Part shown: positions 44,873 through 54,529 of the stretch, piece by piece
How positions within the stretch are numbered: the stretch's first letter is position 1
Layout: every line of letters begins with the position of its first letter
DNA from: an uncultured Gemmatimonadaceae bacterium
GTDB taxonomy: Bacteria; Gemmatimonadota; Gemmatimonadetes; Gemmatimonadales; Gemmatimonadaceae
Assembly (NCBI GenBank): GCA_963829055.1
Contig: CAWHHI010000005.1
Location: 224,001 to 288,000, forward strand
Length of the DNA stretch: 64,000 bases
Direction: 5' to 3'
Position numbers and translations under genes: made by a program
Notes under the pieces: generated by a model
What the model was told of the DNA's origin: nothing
What the model saw: the letters and a program-made list of their open reading frames with translations, nothing else
Databases searched by the model: none

Positions 44873-46549
44873 GTGCCGCCCTGGCTGCCACGAGCACGAC
44901 AGCTCTTCACCGGCGAGTCCAATCGCGGCGTCCGGCGCGCGTGGCTCCTCTGGTTCGGGGTCCTCGCGCTCGTCACGGTCGCCATGCTGCAGGTGCAGGA
45001 TTCGCTGCACGAGGCCCATGTCGCGCTCGCGTACCTCCTGGTCGTCCTTGGCGCGAGCGCGTCGGGAGGACGCGTCCTCGGCCTAACGCTGGCGGGCGTC
45101 GCCTTCGGGTGCTTCACTTTTTTCTTCGTCCCGCCCTATCACACGTTCACCGTCACCGAGCCGCTCGACTGGCTCGTGCTGGTCGCGTTCCTGGCGACGA
45201 GTGCCGTTGCCGCGCAACTGCTCGCGCGCGCGCAGAACGAAGCCGCGGCGGCCCGGGAGCGCGCCACCGAGGTCGACCGACTGTCGTCGCTCGGTTCGGA
45301 GGCGCTGAACGCCGGACGCGCCGAGGACGCGCTCGTGGCCATTGCCGACGTGATCCGGGGGACACTGGACACGGTCACGTGCGAGATCTACCTGCGCGAT
45401 GAGCCGCGTCACTCGGTCACACTGGCGGCTCGCAGTAGCATCAAGCCCGCCACCGACGCCACGGACACGGGCTCGTTCAGCCTAACGGGCGACCGTGACA
45501 GGCTCCCTGGCCTGCGCCCGCCCGGCATGCCCGGCGGCGCACGGCTCGTCGAGTGGGTTGCCGAGAGCGGGCGTGCGGTCGCGAGGCGCGCGGACGGAAC
45601 GACGCGGTTCGCCGATGCCGGGCTACGCATCGCCGAGCGCGCCGCGTTCGACCCGACGGGCGCGGGCATACTGCTCCTCCCCTTGCAGGTGCGCGGCCGC
45701 ACGGTGGGCGTGCTGTCCATCGAACACGCCGACGCGCTCACGCTCGACGCGCCGCGGCTCCGCTTCCTCGAGGCACTGGCGTACTACGCGGCGTTAGGCG
45801 TCGAGCGCGTGCGGCTCGTCGCCGAAGCGGAGCACGCCGAAGCGCTTCGCCAGGCGGACCGGCTCAAGGACGCGCTCCTCGCCTCTGTGTCGCACGACCT
45901 GCGCACGCCGCTCACCACGATCAAGGCGCTGGCCCACAGCATTGGTGCCGAGGGGGATGAGCGTGCGGTGACCATCGAGCAGGAAGCCGACCGGCTCAAC
46001 CGCTTCGTCGCTGACCTGCTCGACCTGTCGCGGCTCGCGGGCGGCGCGCTCACGGTGACGCCGGAGCTCACGGCCGCCGACGACCTGCTCGGGGCGGCGT
46101 GGCAGCGGGCGTCCGGCGCGTTAGGCGACCGGGTGCTCGAGGTGTCGCTCGACCCGGACGAGCCGCTCCTCGTCGGCCGCTTCGACTTCGTGCACTCGCT
46201 CAGAGTACTGGTCAATCTGATCGAGAACGCGCTCAAGTATTCGCCGGCGACCGAGCCAGTCGAGGTTGCCGCGCGGCGAGTCGGTGACGTGCTCGAATTC
46301 CTCGTCGAGGACCGCGGCGCGGGGATTCCGGACATCGAGCGGGAGCGCATCTTCGAGCCGTTCTATCGTCCGAGCGACAGCCCGCCGGACACGAGCAGCG
46401 CCGGCCTTGGCCTCTCCATCGCTCGCGGCCTGGCCGAGGCGCAGGGGGGGAGTCTCCGCTACGAGCCGCGTGAAGGGGGCGGGAGCCGTTTCATCTTCTC
46501 CGTCCCGGCGGCTGACCTGACGACACTCGAGGTCACTCCAGGGTCGTAG
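44873..46549 (+). CDS. kdpD: KdpD-like sensor kinase lacking the N-terminal KdpD/USP domains
   Basis: DUF4118-type TM bundle (FFFVPPYHTF), GAF, LLASVSHDLRTPLT, NLIENALKYSP, EDRGAG, FEPFYR, GLGL. Confidence 0.82.
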   Translation: MPPWLPRARQLFTGESNRGVRRAWLLWFGVLALVTVAMLQVQDSLHEAHVALAYLLVVLGASASGGRVLGLTLAGVAFGCFTFFFVPPYHTFTVTEPLDWLVLVAFLATSAVAAQLLARAQNEAAAARERATEVDRLSSLGSEALNAGRAEDALVAIADVIRGTLDTVTCEIYLRDEPRHSVTLAARSSIKPATDATDTGSFSLTGDRDRLPGLRPPGMPGGARLVEWVAESGRAVARRADGTTRFADAGLRIAERAAFDPTGAGILLLPLQVRGRTVGVLSIEHADALTLDAPRLRFLEALAYYAALGVERVRLVAEAEHAEALRQADRLKDALLASVSHDLRTPLTTIKALAHSIGAEGDERAVTIEQEADRLNRFVADLLDLSRLAGGALTVTPELTAADDLLGAAWQRASGALGDRVLEVSLDPDEPLLVGRFDFVHSLRVLVNLIENALKYSPATEPVEVAARRVGDVLEFLVEDRGAGIPDIERERIFEPFYRPSDSPPDTSSAGLGLSIARGLAEAQGGSLRYEPREGGGSRFIFSVPAADLTTLEVTPGS

Positions 46550-46557
46550 CGGCGCGT

Positions 46558-46695
46558 TGTCATTCCGAGCGCTCTGTCATTCCGAGTGAGCGAAGCGAGT
46601 CGAGGAATCCCTGGCTTGCAGGGTAGAGAGCCCTCTATCGGGACGATCGCGATTCCTCGACTGCGCGGCCTGACGGCCGCTCCGCTCGGAATGAC
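46558..46695. repeat. Palindromic REP/MITE-like element (TGTCATTCCGAG family)
   Basis: Duplicated left end TGTCATTCCGAG, inner arms GTCGAGGAATC/GATTCCTCGAC, right end GCTCGGAATGAC; homologous to 9748-9875. Confidence 0.75.
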
Positions 46696-46704
46696 CACCG
46701 AAGT

Positions 46705-46722
46705 CTTTGTGAAATCTTTATG
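46705..46722 (+). promoter_or_regulatory. Candidate KdpE-binding direct repeat upstream of kup
   Basis: CTTTGTG-AAAT-CTTTATG (11-bp period, T-rich, OmpR-type spacing). Confidence 0.5.
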
Positions 46723-46832
46723 CCGAACGGCCGCGCCTTTGTGCGGCCTTCACGTCGCGACCGGTAGCGTAGCGTATCTGTCTGCGCGGAGCGTCGTCTT
46801 CGCTCCGCGAGTCTCACTGCGTCGCGATCACC

Positions 46833-46937
46833 ATGTTCAATTGGATTTTGTTCATCGTACTGGTTGTCTGGATTCTCGACTCCGAGGATGACAAGGCCAC
46901 ACCGCGCCGGCGGCTCCGGCTGATCAAGCCCTCGTGA
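46833..46937 (+). CDS. Small hydrophobic peptide (34 aa) coupled to kup
   Basis: MFNWILFIVLVVWILDSEDDKATPRRRLRLIKPS; its TGA overlaps the kup GTG (GTGA). Confidence 0.5.
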   Translation: MFNWILFIVLVVWILDSEDDKATPRRRLRLIKPS

Positions 46938-48928
46938 CCGCTCAGCCAGAACAGCTCGAGCAGGTCGGTCTTCCGCAGAATCCACCAGCCACGACCGCCG
47001 GGCCGGCATCCGGGTCGCAACAGCCAGCGGGTGCGCGCCACCATCGCGAGCTTCACCCGACAGGGCGCCGACTGGCCGTCCTGACGCTCGGCGCGCTCGG
47101 TGTCGTGTACGGCGACATCGGCACGAGCCCGCTGTACGCGCTTCGCGAGTGCTTCAGCAACCTGTACGGTCTCACGCCCTCGCCCACGAACGTGTACGGC
47201 GTGCTGTCGCTCATCATCTGGGCGATCCTGCTCGTCGTCGCGGTCAAGTACATCGTCTTCATCCTCCGCGCCGACAACAACGGCGAGGGAGGCATTCTCG
47301 CGCTCATGGCGCTCGTGCTGCAGCGCGAGCACGGGACGGGCGGGCGACGGCGACGCGCCATCGTCATTGGACTCGGTCTCTTCGGGGCCGCACTGCTGTA
47401 CGGCGACGGGATCATCACGCCCCCGGTCTCGGTGTTCGGCGCCATGGAGGGGCTCCTGGTGGCCGCGCCCGCGTTCGAGAAACTGATCGTCCCGGTCACG
47501 TTCGCGATTCTCTTCACGCTCTTCTTCTTCCAGAAGCGCGGGACCGGTGGCATCGGCGCCGTGTTCGGCCCGGTCGTCCTTCTCTGGTTCGGCACGATCG
47601 CCGTGCTCGGTGGGCGTGAGATCCTTCGTTCGCCGAGGATCCTGCTCGCGCTGAACCCGTGGTACGGCGTGCAGTTCTTCGCGACGCATAACGCGCGTGC
47701 GTTCTTCATTCTCGGCTCTGTCGTGCTCGCCATCACGGGAGCCGAAGCGCTGTACGCGGACCTCGGGCATTTCGGCAAGCGCCCGATCCGGCTCGCGTTC
47801 TTCGCCTTCGTTCTTCCGGCGCTGCTGCTGAACTATTTCGGCCAGGGCGCGCTCATCCTCCGCGTCCCGGCGGCGGCGGAGAATCCGTTCTATCTGCTGG
47901 CGCCCAAGTGGTTCCTGTACCCGCTCCTGGGTATCGCGAACGCCGCGGCGATCGTCGCGTCGCAGGCGCTCATCTCGGGCGCGTACTCGCTCACGCAGCA
48001 GGCCGTCCAGCTCGGCTACATCCCGCGGGTGACGATCGTCCACACGTCCAAGCAGGAGGCGGGGCAGATCTACATCCCCGAGGTCAACAGCGCGCTCATG
48101 ATCGGGTGCCTAACGCTGGTGGTGACGTTCCGCTCGGCCGGCGCGCTGGCGGCGGCGTACGGCATCGCGGTCACGGGCACGATGGTGATCACGACGATCC
48201 TGTTCGCGATCGTCGCCCGCAACCGATGGGGATGGTCGAAGAGAAACGTCGCGCTGCTGACGGCTGGCTTCCTGATCGTCGATCTCGCGTTCTTCGCGGC
48301 GAACGCGGTCAAGATCGTCGCCGGCGGGTGGGTGCCGCTCGCACTGGCGGTCGTGTTCTTCACCCTCATGACGACGTGGAAGGCGGGTCGCGAGCTGCTG
48401 GCGGGGATCCTGCGTCAGGGCGCGCTCCCGATGGAGCTGCTGCTCGACGACCTCAAACGGCGCCGCATTCCTCGCGTGCCCGGTACAGCGGTGTTCATGA
48501 CGTCGGGCACGGACGGCGCGCCAGTGGTGTTGCTGCATCATCTCAAGCACAACAAGGTGCTGCACGAGGAAGTGATCCTGCTCTCGGTTCAATCGGCCGA
48601 GGTGCCCGACGTCGATGACGCCGACCGCGTGCGCGTCCAGTCGTTAGGCCAGGGGTTCTTCCAGGTGATCGCGACGTTCGGCTTCATGGAGACGCCGAAT
48701 GTTCCGGCGGTGCTCGAGCGCGCTCGCGCGTCGGGCATTCGCGCGGCCAGCGCGGAGACGAGCTACGTCCTCGGGCGCGAGCGCCTGCTGCCGTATGGGA
48801 CGTCGCAGATGTCGCGCTGGCGGAAGAAGCTGTTCGTGTTCATGTCGCGGAACGCGCGGTCGGCGACGGAGTTCTTCGGCCTGCCGACGAACCGCGTGGT
48901 GGAGCTCGGCGCGCAGATCGAGTTCTGA
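46934..48928 (+). CDS. kup: KUP/HAK/KT potassium transporter
   Basis: LGALGVVYGDIGTSPLY, ADNNGEGG, YGDGIITP, TGAEALYADLGHFG, GQIYIPEVN, AYGIAVT, NRVVELG.QIE. Confidence 0.97.
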   Translation: MTAQPEQLEQVGLPQNPPATTAGPASGSQQPAGARHHRELHPTGRRLAVLTLGALGVVYGDIGTSPLYALRECFSNLYGLTPSPTNVYGVLSLIIWAILLVVAVKYIVFILRADNNGEGGILALMALVLQREHGTGGRRRRAIVIGLGLFGAALLYGDGIITPPVSVFGAMEGLLVAAPAFEKLIVPVTFAILFTLFFFQKRGTGGIGAVFGPVVLLWFGTIAVLGGREILRSPRILLALNPWYGVQFFATHNARAFFILGSVVLAITGAEALYADLGHFGKRPIRLAFFAFVLPALLLNYFGQGALILRVPAAAENPFYLLAPKWFLYPLLGIANAAAIVASQALISGAYSLTQQAVQLGYIPRVTIVHTSKQEAGQIYIPEVNSALMIGCLTLVVTFRSAGALAAAYGIAVTGTMVITTILFAIVARNRWGWSKRNVALLTAGFLIVDLAFFAANAVKIVAGGWVPLALAVVFFTLMTTWKAGRELLAGILRQGALPMELLLDDLKRRRIPRVPGTAVFMTSGTDGAPVVLLHHLKHNKVLHEEVILLSVQSAEVPDVDDADRVRVQSLGQGFFQVIATFGFMETPNVPAVLERARASGIRAASAETSYVLGRERLLPYGTSQMSRWRKKLFVFMSRNARSATEFFGLPTNRVVELGAQIEF

Positions 48929-48944
48929 TCCGCGCGGCCTGGAG

Positions 48945-49934
48945 TCATCGCCGCGGCCGCCATACCGGGCCTTCGTCTTTAGCGACGTGCCGGGTGATGT
49001 TCACCGGGTTGCTCCCGTCCGCGTTCGCGATGACGATCTCCCAGTTCGTCACGAGTGCGGACTTGGGGTCCGCTGGGTCCGCGCGCGTGTCGAAGAGCTG
49101 TTGGAAGACGATTCGCTTCCCGTCGGGCGACCAGTTCGCTGCTGTGTTCCCGCCGACGGTGTCCGGCGACAGGCGACGTTGCGCAGTCCCGTCGCGGCGA
49201 ATCGAGTACACGGCCAGATCGCCGCGTTGTTGACTCGAGAAGGCGATCGTCTCGCCGTCCGGTGACCATGTCGGCCACCAGGCCGGGGGTGTCGCGGCCA
49301 GCGACGCGACTTCGGCCCCACTCGCGACGTCGACGATGACGAGCGTGAAATCACTGACTCGTTCGGCGATGAGCTGCGTTCCGTCCGGTGACCAGCTCGT
49401 GGGATTCGGTATGTAATCCCGGTTCGCGATCGCGGTCGCCGCGGACCCGTCCGGGGCCATGAGCATCATTCGCCAGCGGCGAGGGTACCCTGGATCGAAG
49501 CCGCCCGGCGCGTTCGCCTGCTCGCCGGAGTAGTACGCAATGTGACGACCGTCAGGGGCCCAGGCAGGGCACGTGTTGAACAACGGACCCTGCGTGATTT
49601 GCGTCTGACTCCCTGCCGCGACGTCGAGTACCAGAATCTGGTCGCGTTTGTCGAGCGTCTCCGCGAACGCGAGTCGTGACCCGTCTGGCGACCATGAGAG
49701 GCAGAATGGGATGTTCTGCGTTTTCGTCAGCAGCGTCACGCGCGTACCCGCGGCATCCGTCAGGTAGATGCCATAGCTCGCGCCGTCGCGATTGCTGGCG
49801 AACGCGATTTCGCCCGTTACCTGGGAGCGCGTACCGGTGGGCCCATCACCGCAGGCGAGGATGGACAGGGTGATGAACAGGGTAGCGAGGGCCACCAGTG
49901 CGGTGGTCCTGGGGGATGTCGGGACCGATTGCAT
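48945..49934 (-). CDS. TolB-like (PD40 repeat) beta-propeller lipoprotein
   Basis: Likely start MQSVPTS; lipobox ILAC, IAFASNRDG, repeated WSPDG. Confidence 0.85.
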   Translation of the reverse strand: MQSVPTSPRTTALVALATLFITLSILACGDGPTGTRSQVTGEIAFASNRDGASYGIYLTDAAGTRVTLLTKTQNIPFCLSWSPDGSRLAFAETLDKRDQILVLDVAAGSQTQITQGPLFNTCPAWAPDGRHIAYYSGEQANAPGGFDPGYPRRWRMMLMAPDGSAATAIANRDYIPNPTSWSPDGTQLIAERVSDFTLVIVDVASGAEVASLAATPPAWWPTWSPDGETIAFSSQQRGDLAVYSIRRDGTAQRRLSPDTVGGNTAANWSPDGKRIVFQQLFDTRADPADPKSALVTNWEIVIANADGSNPVNITRHVAKDEGPVWRPRR

Positions 49935-50195
49935 TGGAGCCAGTCCTGCAAGACGCGCGCTGCGGGTCGGCACTAGCGAGCTGCGGCTCTCGCCGTCTGA
50001 ACAAGGCCTCCACCGTGACCCACCCGTCTCCCGCCGCACCGAGCTTGCCGGCGGCGCCAAGGCGGCCCAATCGTGGCGGCCCGCGGGCCCGGATTGCGGT
50101 AGTCGCACAGCCGGGGCTCGGACGCGTTTGGGAGCGGTGGCCACGCCTAACGTTCTCCGCCGCCGATCCCGCCACCTCGACTCAATGGAGCGACC

Positions 50196-50846
50196 ATGAC
50201 CAGAGTCCAGCTTCGATGCGCCACGCTGACGATCATCGCCCTCACAGCGGCGTGCTCGGACGACCCGGTGAGTCAGAACGCGCAGGCGTCGGTTGCGACG
50301 TCCATGGGCGCCAGCCTCTCGTCGAACAGGGGTAACGGCAACGAAGGCAATGGGGTGGGCAATGGTGGACCGAAGCGCTATATCGCCGTGAAGGACGATT
50401 GCGACCCCACGGACCCAGCGTGGGCGCCAACGGGAGGTTGTCTGCTGAAGGACGGGGCCGTGACGAACGCGGAGTTCTCCGCGTTTCTGACGTCGCCGCT
50501 GTCTCCGACGACGGTGGTCGGTCATCCGGCGTGGCGGAACGAGCCCTCCTACATCAAGATCGAAGCCGGCCAGAGCGTACGCGTGACGAACGAAGGAGGC
50601 CGGCTGCACACCTTCACGGAGGTCGCGGCCTACGGCGGAGGACGCGTCCCACCACTGAGGGTTGGGCTGATCCCCGCCCCGGAGTGCCTCGCGATGGCGC
50701 CAAGCGCCGAGCTCCCGCCAGGCGCTACCCTCACCGTCGACGCGTTGGCCGTTGGCACGCACCGCTTCCAGTGCTGTATCCACTCGTGGATGCGCGCGGC
50801 CATCAAGGTCCTGCCTGACGAGCAGCACGGGCATTCGAAGACCTGA
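50196..50846 (+). CDS. Cupredoxin-like lipoprotein
   Basis: Lipobox LTAAC; N.GG..HTFT and FQCCIHSWM (His...CxxHxxM copper ligand pattern). Confidence 0.72.
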   Translation: MTRVQLRCATLTIIALTAACSDDPVSQNAQASVATSMGASLSSNRGNGNEGNGVGNGGPKRYIAVKDDCDPTDPAWAPTGGCLLKDGAVTNAEFSAFLTSPLSPTTVVGHPAWRNEPSYIKIEAGQSVRVTNEGGRLHTFTEVAAYGGGRVPPLRVGLIPAPECLAMAPSAELPPGATLTVDALAVGTHRFQCCIHSWMRAAIKVLPDEQHGHSKT

Positions 50847-50882
50847 CGGCGCGCTGACCCGATCACCGCGATCGGGTCGCCT

Positions 50883-50920
50883 AACGGTGCGCGCTATCAA
50901 GCGCGCACCGTTTTGTTTGT
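50883..50920 (+). terminator. Intrinsic terminator
   Basis: AACGGTGCGCGCT-ATCA-AGCGCGCACCGTT followed by TTGTTTGT. Confidence 0.72.
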
Positions 50921-51002
50921 AACCAACCAGCGTCTCGTGGATACCTGAAGCGGGCGACGCCGCGCAACGTGTGCCGCCCGACCGTCCCGCATAGGGGCTT
51001 CC

Positions 51003-51722
51003 ATGAGCGCCATCGTCATCCCGCCCACGCCCGTTACGTCTCGGCGCCTCGCGCCGGTCGCGTCGTGGACGCACACTGTCGTCGTCGTATCGGTCTTCGC
51101 GGCGCTCGCACTTGCGGGCGTGCTCGGTCACGCGCATGTGAGCGCGAACCGGGCGAGTGTGGCGTCGCGCCCGAACACCATTCTGATCTATGTCGGGCTG
51201 ATCGCGGCCGAGTGGGCGTTGGTCATGTACGTGCGCCGAGGCGTGCGTCGCACCGGAACGACGCTCGTCGACCTCCTCGGCGGTGGCTTGAGCGAGCGCC
51301 GCAACCTGGTGTCCGACCTCGCGCTCGGCGCCAGCCTGTGGGGCATGTGGGCGCTCATCGAACTGGCGTCTGCCCACTGGTGGGGAGCCTCGAGCGGCGC
51401 GACGGTACGGCCATTTCTCGCCCATCGCCCGGTGGAGGTGGTCACCTGGATCGTACTCTCCATGAGTGCCGGCTTCGCCGAGGAGGTCGTGTTCCGCGGG
51501 TACCTGCAGCGGCAGTTCGCCTCGCTCACGGGAAGCGCGGGAGTCGCGCTCGTTATGCAGGCCGCGCTCTTCGGCGTGTCGCACGGCTATCAGGGCCCCG
51601 GCGCCTGCGCGAGAATCATCGCGTTCGGGTGTCTGTTCGGACTCGTCGCACTCTGGCGGCGACGCTTGCGGCCGGGGATCATCGCACACGCGCTCACCGA
51701 CATCATTGCCGGACTTGCTTGA
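51003..51722 (+). CDS. CPBP (CAAX/Abi) intramembrane metalloprotease
   Basis: EEVVFRGYL, LFGVSHGYQG, IIAHALTD. Confidence 0.9.
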   Translation: MSAIVIPPTPVTSRRLAPVASWTHTVVVVSVFAALALAGVLGHAHVSANRASVASRPNTILIYVGLIAAEWALVMYVRRGVRRTGTTLVDLLGGGLSERRNLVSDLALGASLWGMWALIELASAHWWGASSGATVRPFLAHRPVEVVTWIVLSMSAGFAEEVVFRGYLQRQFASLTGSAGVALVMQAALFGVSHGYQGPGACARIIAFGCLFGLVALWRRRLRPGIIAHALTDIIAGLA

Positions 51723-52204
51723 ACACGGACCTGGACGAGCTGTATCGCAAGTACGCCCCGGACGTCTTCCGCTTCGCGCTCTACCTCTCGGGAGAGCGGA
51801 GCGATGCCGAAGACATCACGTCGGAGACGTTCGTCCGTGTCTGGACGTCGGACACGCCGATCGAGCTCGCCACGGTGCGCGGCTATCTCTTCACGATCGC
51901 GCGTAATCTCTTCCTGCAGAGCCGCCGGAACGCCGCTCGCACTGTCGCTCTCGGCGAAAGCCTTCCGGCGACACGCGCGAGCCCGCACGAGGAGACGGAG
52001 CAGCGGGACGAGCTCACGGCCGTGATGGCGTGCCTCCGCACGCTCCCCGAGATCGACCGCGCGGCAGTCGTCATGCGCGCGGAGTACGACATGCCTTACG
52101 AGGAGATCGCCGCTGCCCTCGGCATCTCCGTATCGGCGGCGAAGGTAAAGGTGCATCGGGCGCGGCTCGCGCTCGCTGGCTTTCGCACAGGAGTCTCCCA
52201 ATGA
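51719..52204 (+). CDS. ECF sigma factor
   Basis: TTG start overlaps the CPBP stop; LYRKYAPDVFRFA...DAEDITSETF...YLFTIARN...YEEIAAALGIS...KVKVHRAR. Confidence 0.9.
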   Translation: MNTDLDELYRKYAPDVFRFALYLSGERSDAEDITSETFVRVWTSDTPIELATVRGYLFTIARNLFLQSRRNAARTVALGESLPATRASPHEETEQRDELTAVMACLRTLPEIDRAAVVMRAEYDMPYEEIAAALGISVSAAKVKVHRARLALAGFRTGVSQ

Positions 52205-52647
52205 CCGAGCAATCGATGCGAGTGTCGCGGGATGTCATCGTCGACCTGCTTCCCCTCTACCTCTCGGGCGAGGCGAGCGGCGACACGCGCTCGCTGGTGG
52301 AACAGTATCTCAGTCGAGACGAGGCCCTGGCGCTGCAGGTGCGGCTGCACCTGACCGACGGCCTCGGCGCCGGCGCAGCGCTGGCGCAGCTCCCACCCGA
52401 GCTCGAGCTGCGTTCGCTCACTCGAACGAGGGCGCTACTGCGCAGGCAGCGGTGGCTCTTCGGTGTCGCGATCGGTCTGTCGCTGCTCACCTTGACGACC
52501 GAGATCTCGTTCGAGGGGAGTCGTGTGACCGGGCTCCGCTTCCTGGTCCGCGACTACCCGCTGGTGTTCGCGCCGATCGCGCTGGCTGCCATCGTGTGCT
52601 GGTTCGCGTATCTGAAGGGGGCGCGGCGGCTGCGGACGCGGTCCTGA
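52201..52647 (+). CDS. Membrane anti-sigma factor (degenerate zf-HC2-like N-terminus, 2 TM)
   Basis: ATGA overlap with the sigma gene; RDVIVDLLPLYLSGEAS.DTR.LVE.YL. Confidence 0.78.
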   Translation: MTEQSMRVSRDVIVDLLPLYLSGEASGDTRSLVEQYLSRDEALALQVRLHLTDGLGAGAALAQLPPELELRSLTRTRALLRRQRWLFGVAIGLSLLTLTTEISFEGSRVTGLRFLVRDYPLVFAPIALAAIVCWFAYLKGARRLRTRS

Positions 52648-53226
52648 GCGTCTGCTCGATCCGAGATGGGTGAGACGGGTGCGACGTTGGCTGCGCTGAA
52701 CAGGAAGCTCGAGCCGCCGCTCAACAGTCCGAAGAGAGCAAGCGCCGCCAGCGCCAGCAAGATCACGATAAGGAGAACGAGCCGGCGCGCGCACCCGACC
52801 GCCGTCGCCAGCCTAACGCTATCCGGCGAGAATGGCGGCTCGATCGACCAGCCGCCACGCGGCTCGATCGGGACGGTCTCGATCTCGCGGATCTCGCCCC
52901 TGCCTCGCACAGGCTCTGGATCGTGCCACACGTCGACGGGGACGGGTTCCGGCTCTGCGCGCGGGATGGGACGTGAGCGAGGCCGGACCGGCGGCTCCAC
53001 GCGTGCGCGAGGAGGAGGCGGCGGCGGGCGGCGGGTTTCGCGTGCGACGCCGTAGCGGGCGCCGCACGTGGAGCACACCGGCCCGTCCAGCCAGAGCCCC
53101 GGCGACGTGGTTCGTGCAGAAGTAGCGTGCGTCGGCCTCGTGGCATGCCTCGCACTCGCCTAACGCGCCCTGCGTCGTGCCACAATTCGGGCAGCGGATG
53201 ATGACATCACTCACGACGTCGCTCAC
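52554..53226 (-). CDS. Double Zn-ribbon protein with Pro/Arg linker and C-terminal TM, apparent +1 frameshift near 53105
   Basis: CPNC...CEAC...CTNH(S)PGLWLDGPVCSTC; joins ORFs 52819..53226 and 52554..53078; GTGA overlap with the phosphatase; 3' end uncertain. Confidence 0.65.
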
Positions 53227-54501
53227 ACTGGTGCTCCGTCGGTGTCCGCTTCACGGCCATCGGGCTCGCCGTCGTCCGAATAGACGTCGCGTACCAGCGC
53301 AGCCGGCACGTGCAGTCGGTGCACCTGTGGCAGCGTACCCGGCACCCACCGCGCGATCGTCGGTACGCGCTCGAACGCCCCGAACGCCTCACGTGGCAGG
53401 CGTCGGGAGAGCGCCACGGTCGTGAGGACCGGGTGAGCCGCGTAGGCCGGGTAGATCTCGTAGCGCTCGTCGACGTGGTCGTGCCCGCGCACCATGTGCG
53501 TCACTGGTCGGCCGAGCTCCGCGCTGAGGTCGCAGAAGGCGGCGAAGTCCTCGTGCCCGAACTCGCTGCCGCGCGACGTGCGGTTCGGCATCTTCTTGCG
53601 CGCCCGCGGATGCGCGCGCGTCCACGTGAAGTCGGTGAGGCAGCGGGGGTCGTTCCAGTCGCCCGTCGCTCGCAGATCGGCGTGCAGGTCGACGAGTGGG
53701 AAGCCGCCGTGGGTGACGAGCAGACCGTCCGGGAAGAAGAGCGCCCGCGGCGCCGACGCGAACAGGCGCACCGCGAGCTTGCCGGTCCGGGTGATCCACT
53801 CGTGGGCGAGGTGTGCGTTCAGAAAGTCGGTGAAGTCGGACGGGCTCACGGTCGCCGTGAAGTGCGCGCCGGTGTAGTGCAGCGCCTCGTCGTGGTTCCC
53901 GGCAACGAGGCAGACGGACCCTGGCGCTTCCACGATCAGCTCGAAGACGCGCAGCAGCACTTCCAGCCCGTAGCCTTCGTCATCGAAGAGGTCGCCGAGG
54001 AACACGACGCGCGGCGCGCCGTCTTCGGTGGGCGCGTCTCGGCGGATGAGTGCGAGCGCCGCCTCGAGGGCGAGGAGGTCGCCGTGCAGGTCACCGATGA
54101 ACCAGAGTGGCGCGTTAGGCTCGAGATCGACGACGCGGATCGCGCGATCGTTCGCGTTGGCGCGGTCCGCGTCGAAGAGCAACCCGGGTCCGCCCTCGTG
54201 GTCGAGCAGCGCCTCGAGTTGTTCCACCGTGGTGCGCATGCGCGCGCGAATCCCGGCGGGGTCTACGGCGTCCCGCACGGCGGACCAGTCGAGATCCTCG
54301 ACGTCGAGCGACTGGCGGGACGGGTGGGACGGCGGGCGCGTCGGGCGGAGTAGCGTCGGTGGTTGCATCGGCGACTGCATCCGATGCCGGCACGTTAGGC
54401 GCCGGGGCGGCGGTCGTGGTGGCGTCCGGCTCGCTGGCGTCCGGTATGACGTCGCTCTGCGACGCACCCGGCGGTGTGCCGCCGTTGGGCTCAGACTGCA
54501 T
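53223..54501 (-). CDS. PPP-family (calcineurin-like) Ser/Thr phosphatase or metallophosphoesterase, apparent frameshift near 54320
   Basis: GDLHGD, FLGDLFDD, GNHD, THGG, DFTW, RGHD; acidic Pro-rich leader in ORF 54115..54501. Confidence 0.8.
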
Positions 54502-54529
54502 CAGACTGCATCAGACGGATCAGACTGCA
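54491..54529. repeat. Short tandem repeat at the kinase/phosphatase junction
   Basis: TCAGACTGCA TCAGACTGCA TCAGACGGA TCAGACTGCA. Confidence 0.7.

Noticed and set aside
48945..51689. 914-aa ORF
   Set aside because: Only the last 329 aa or so (TolB-like) are credible; the rest is antisense to the cupredoxin and CPBP genes.
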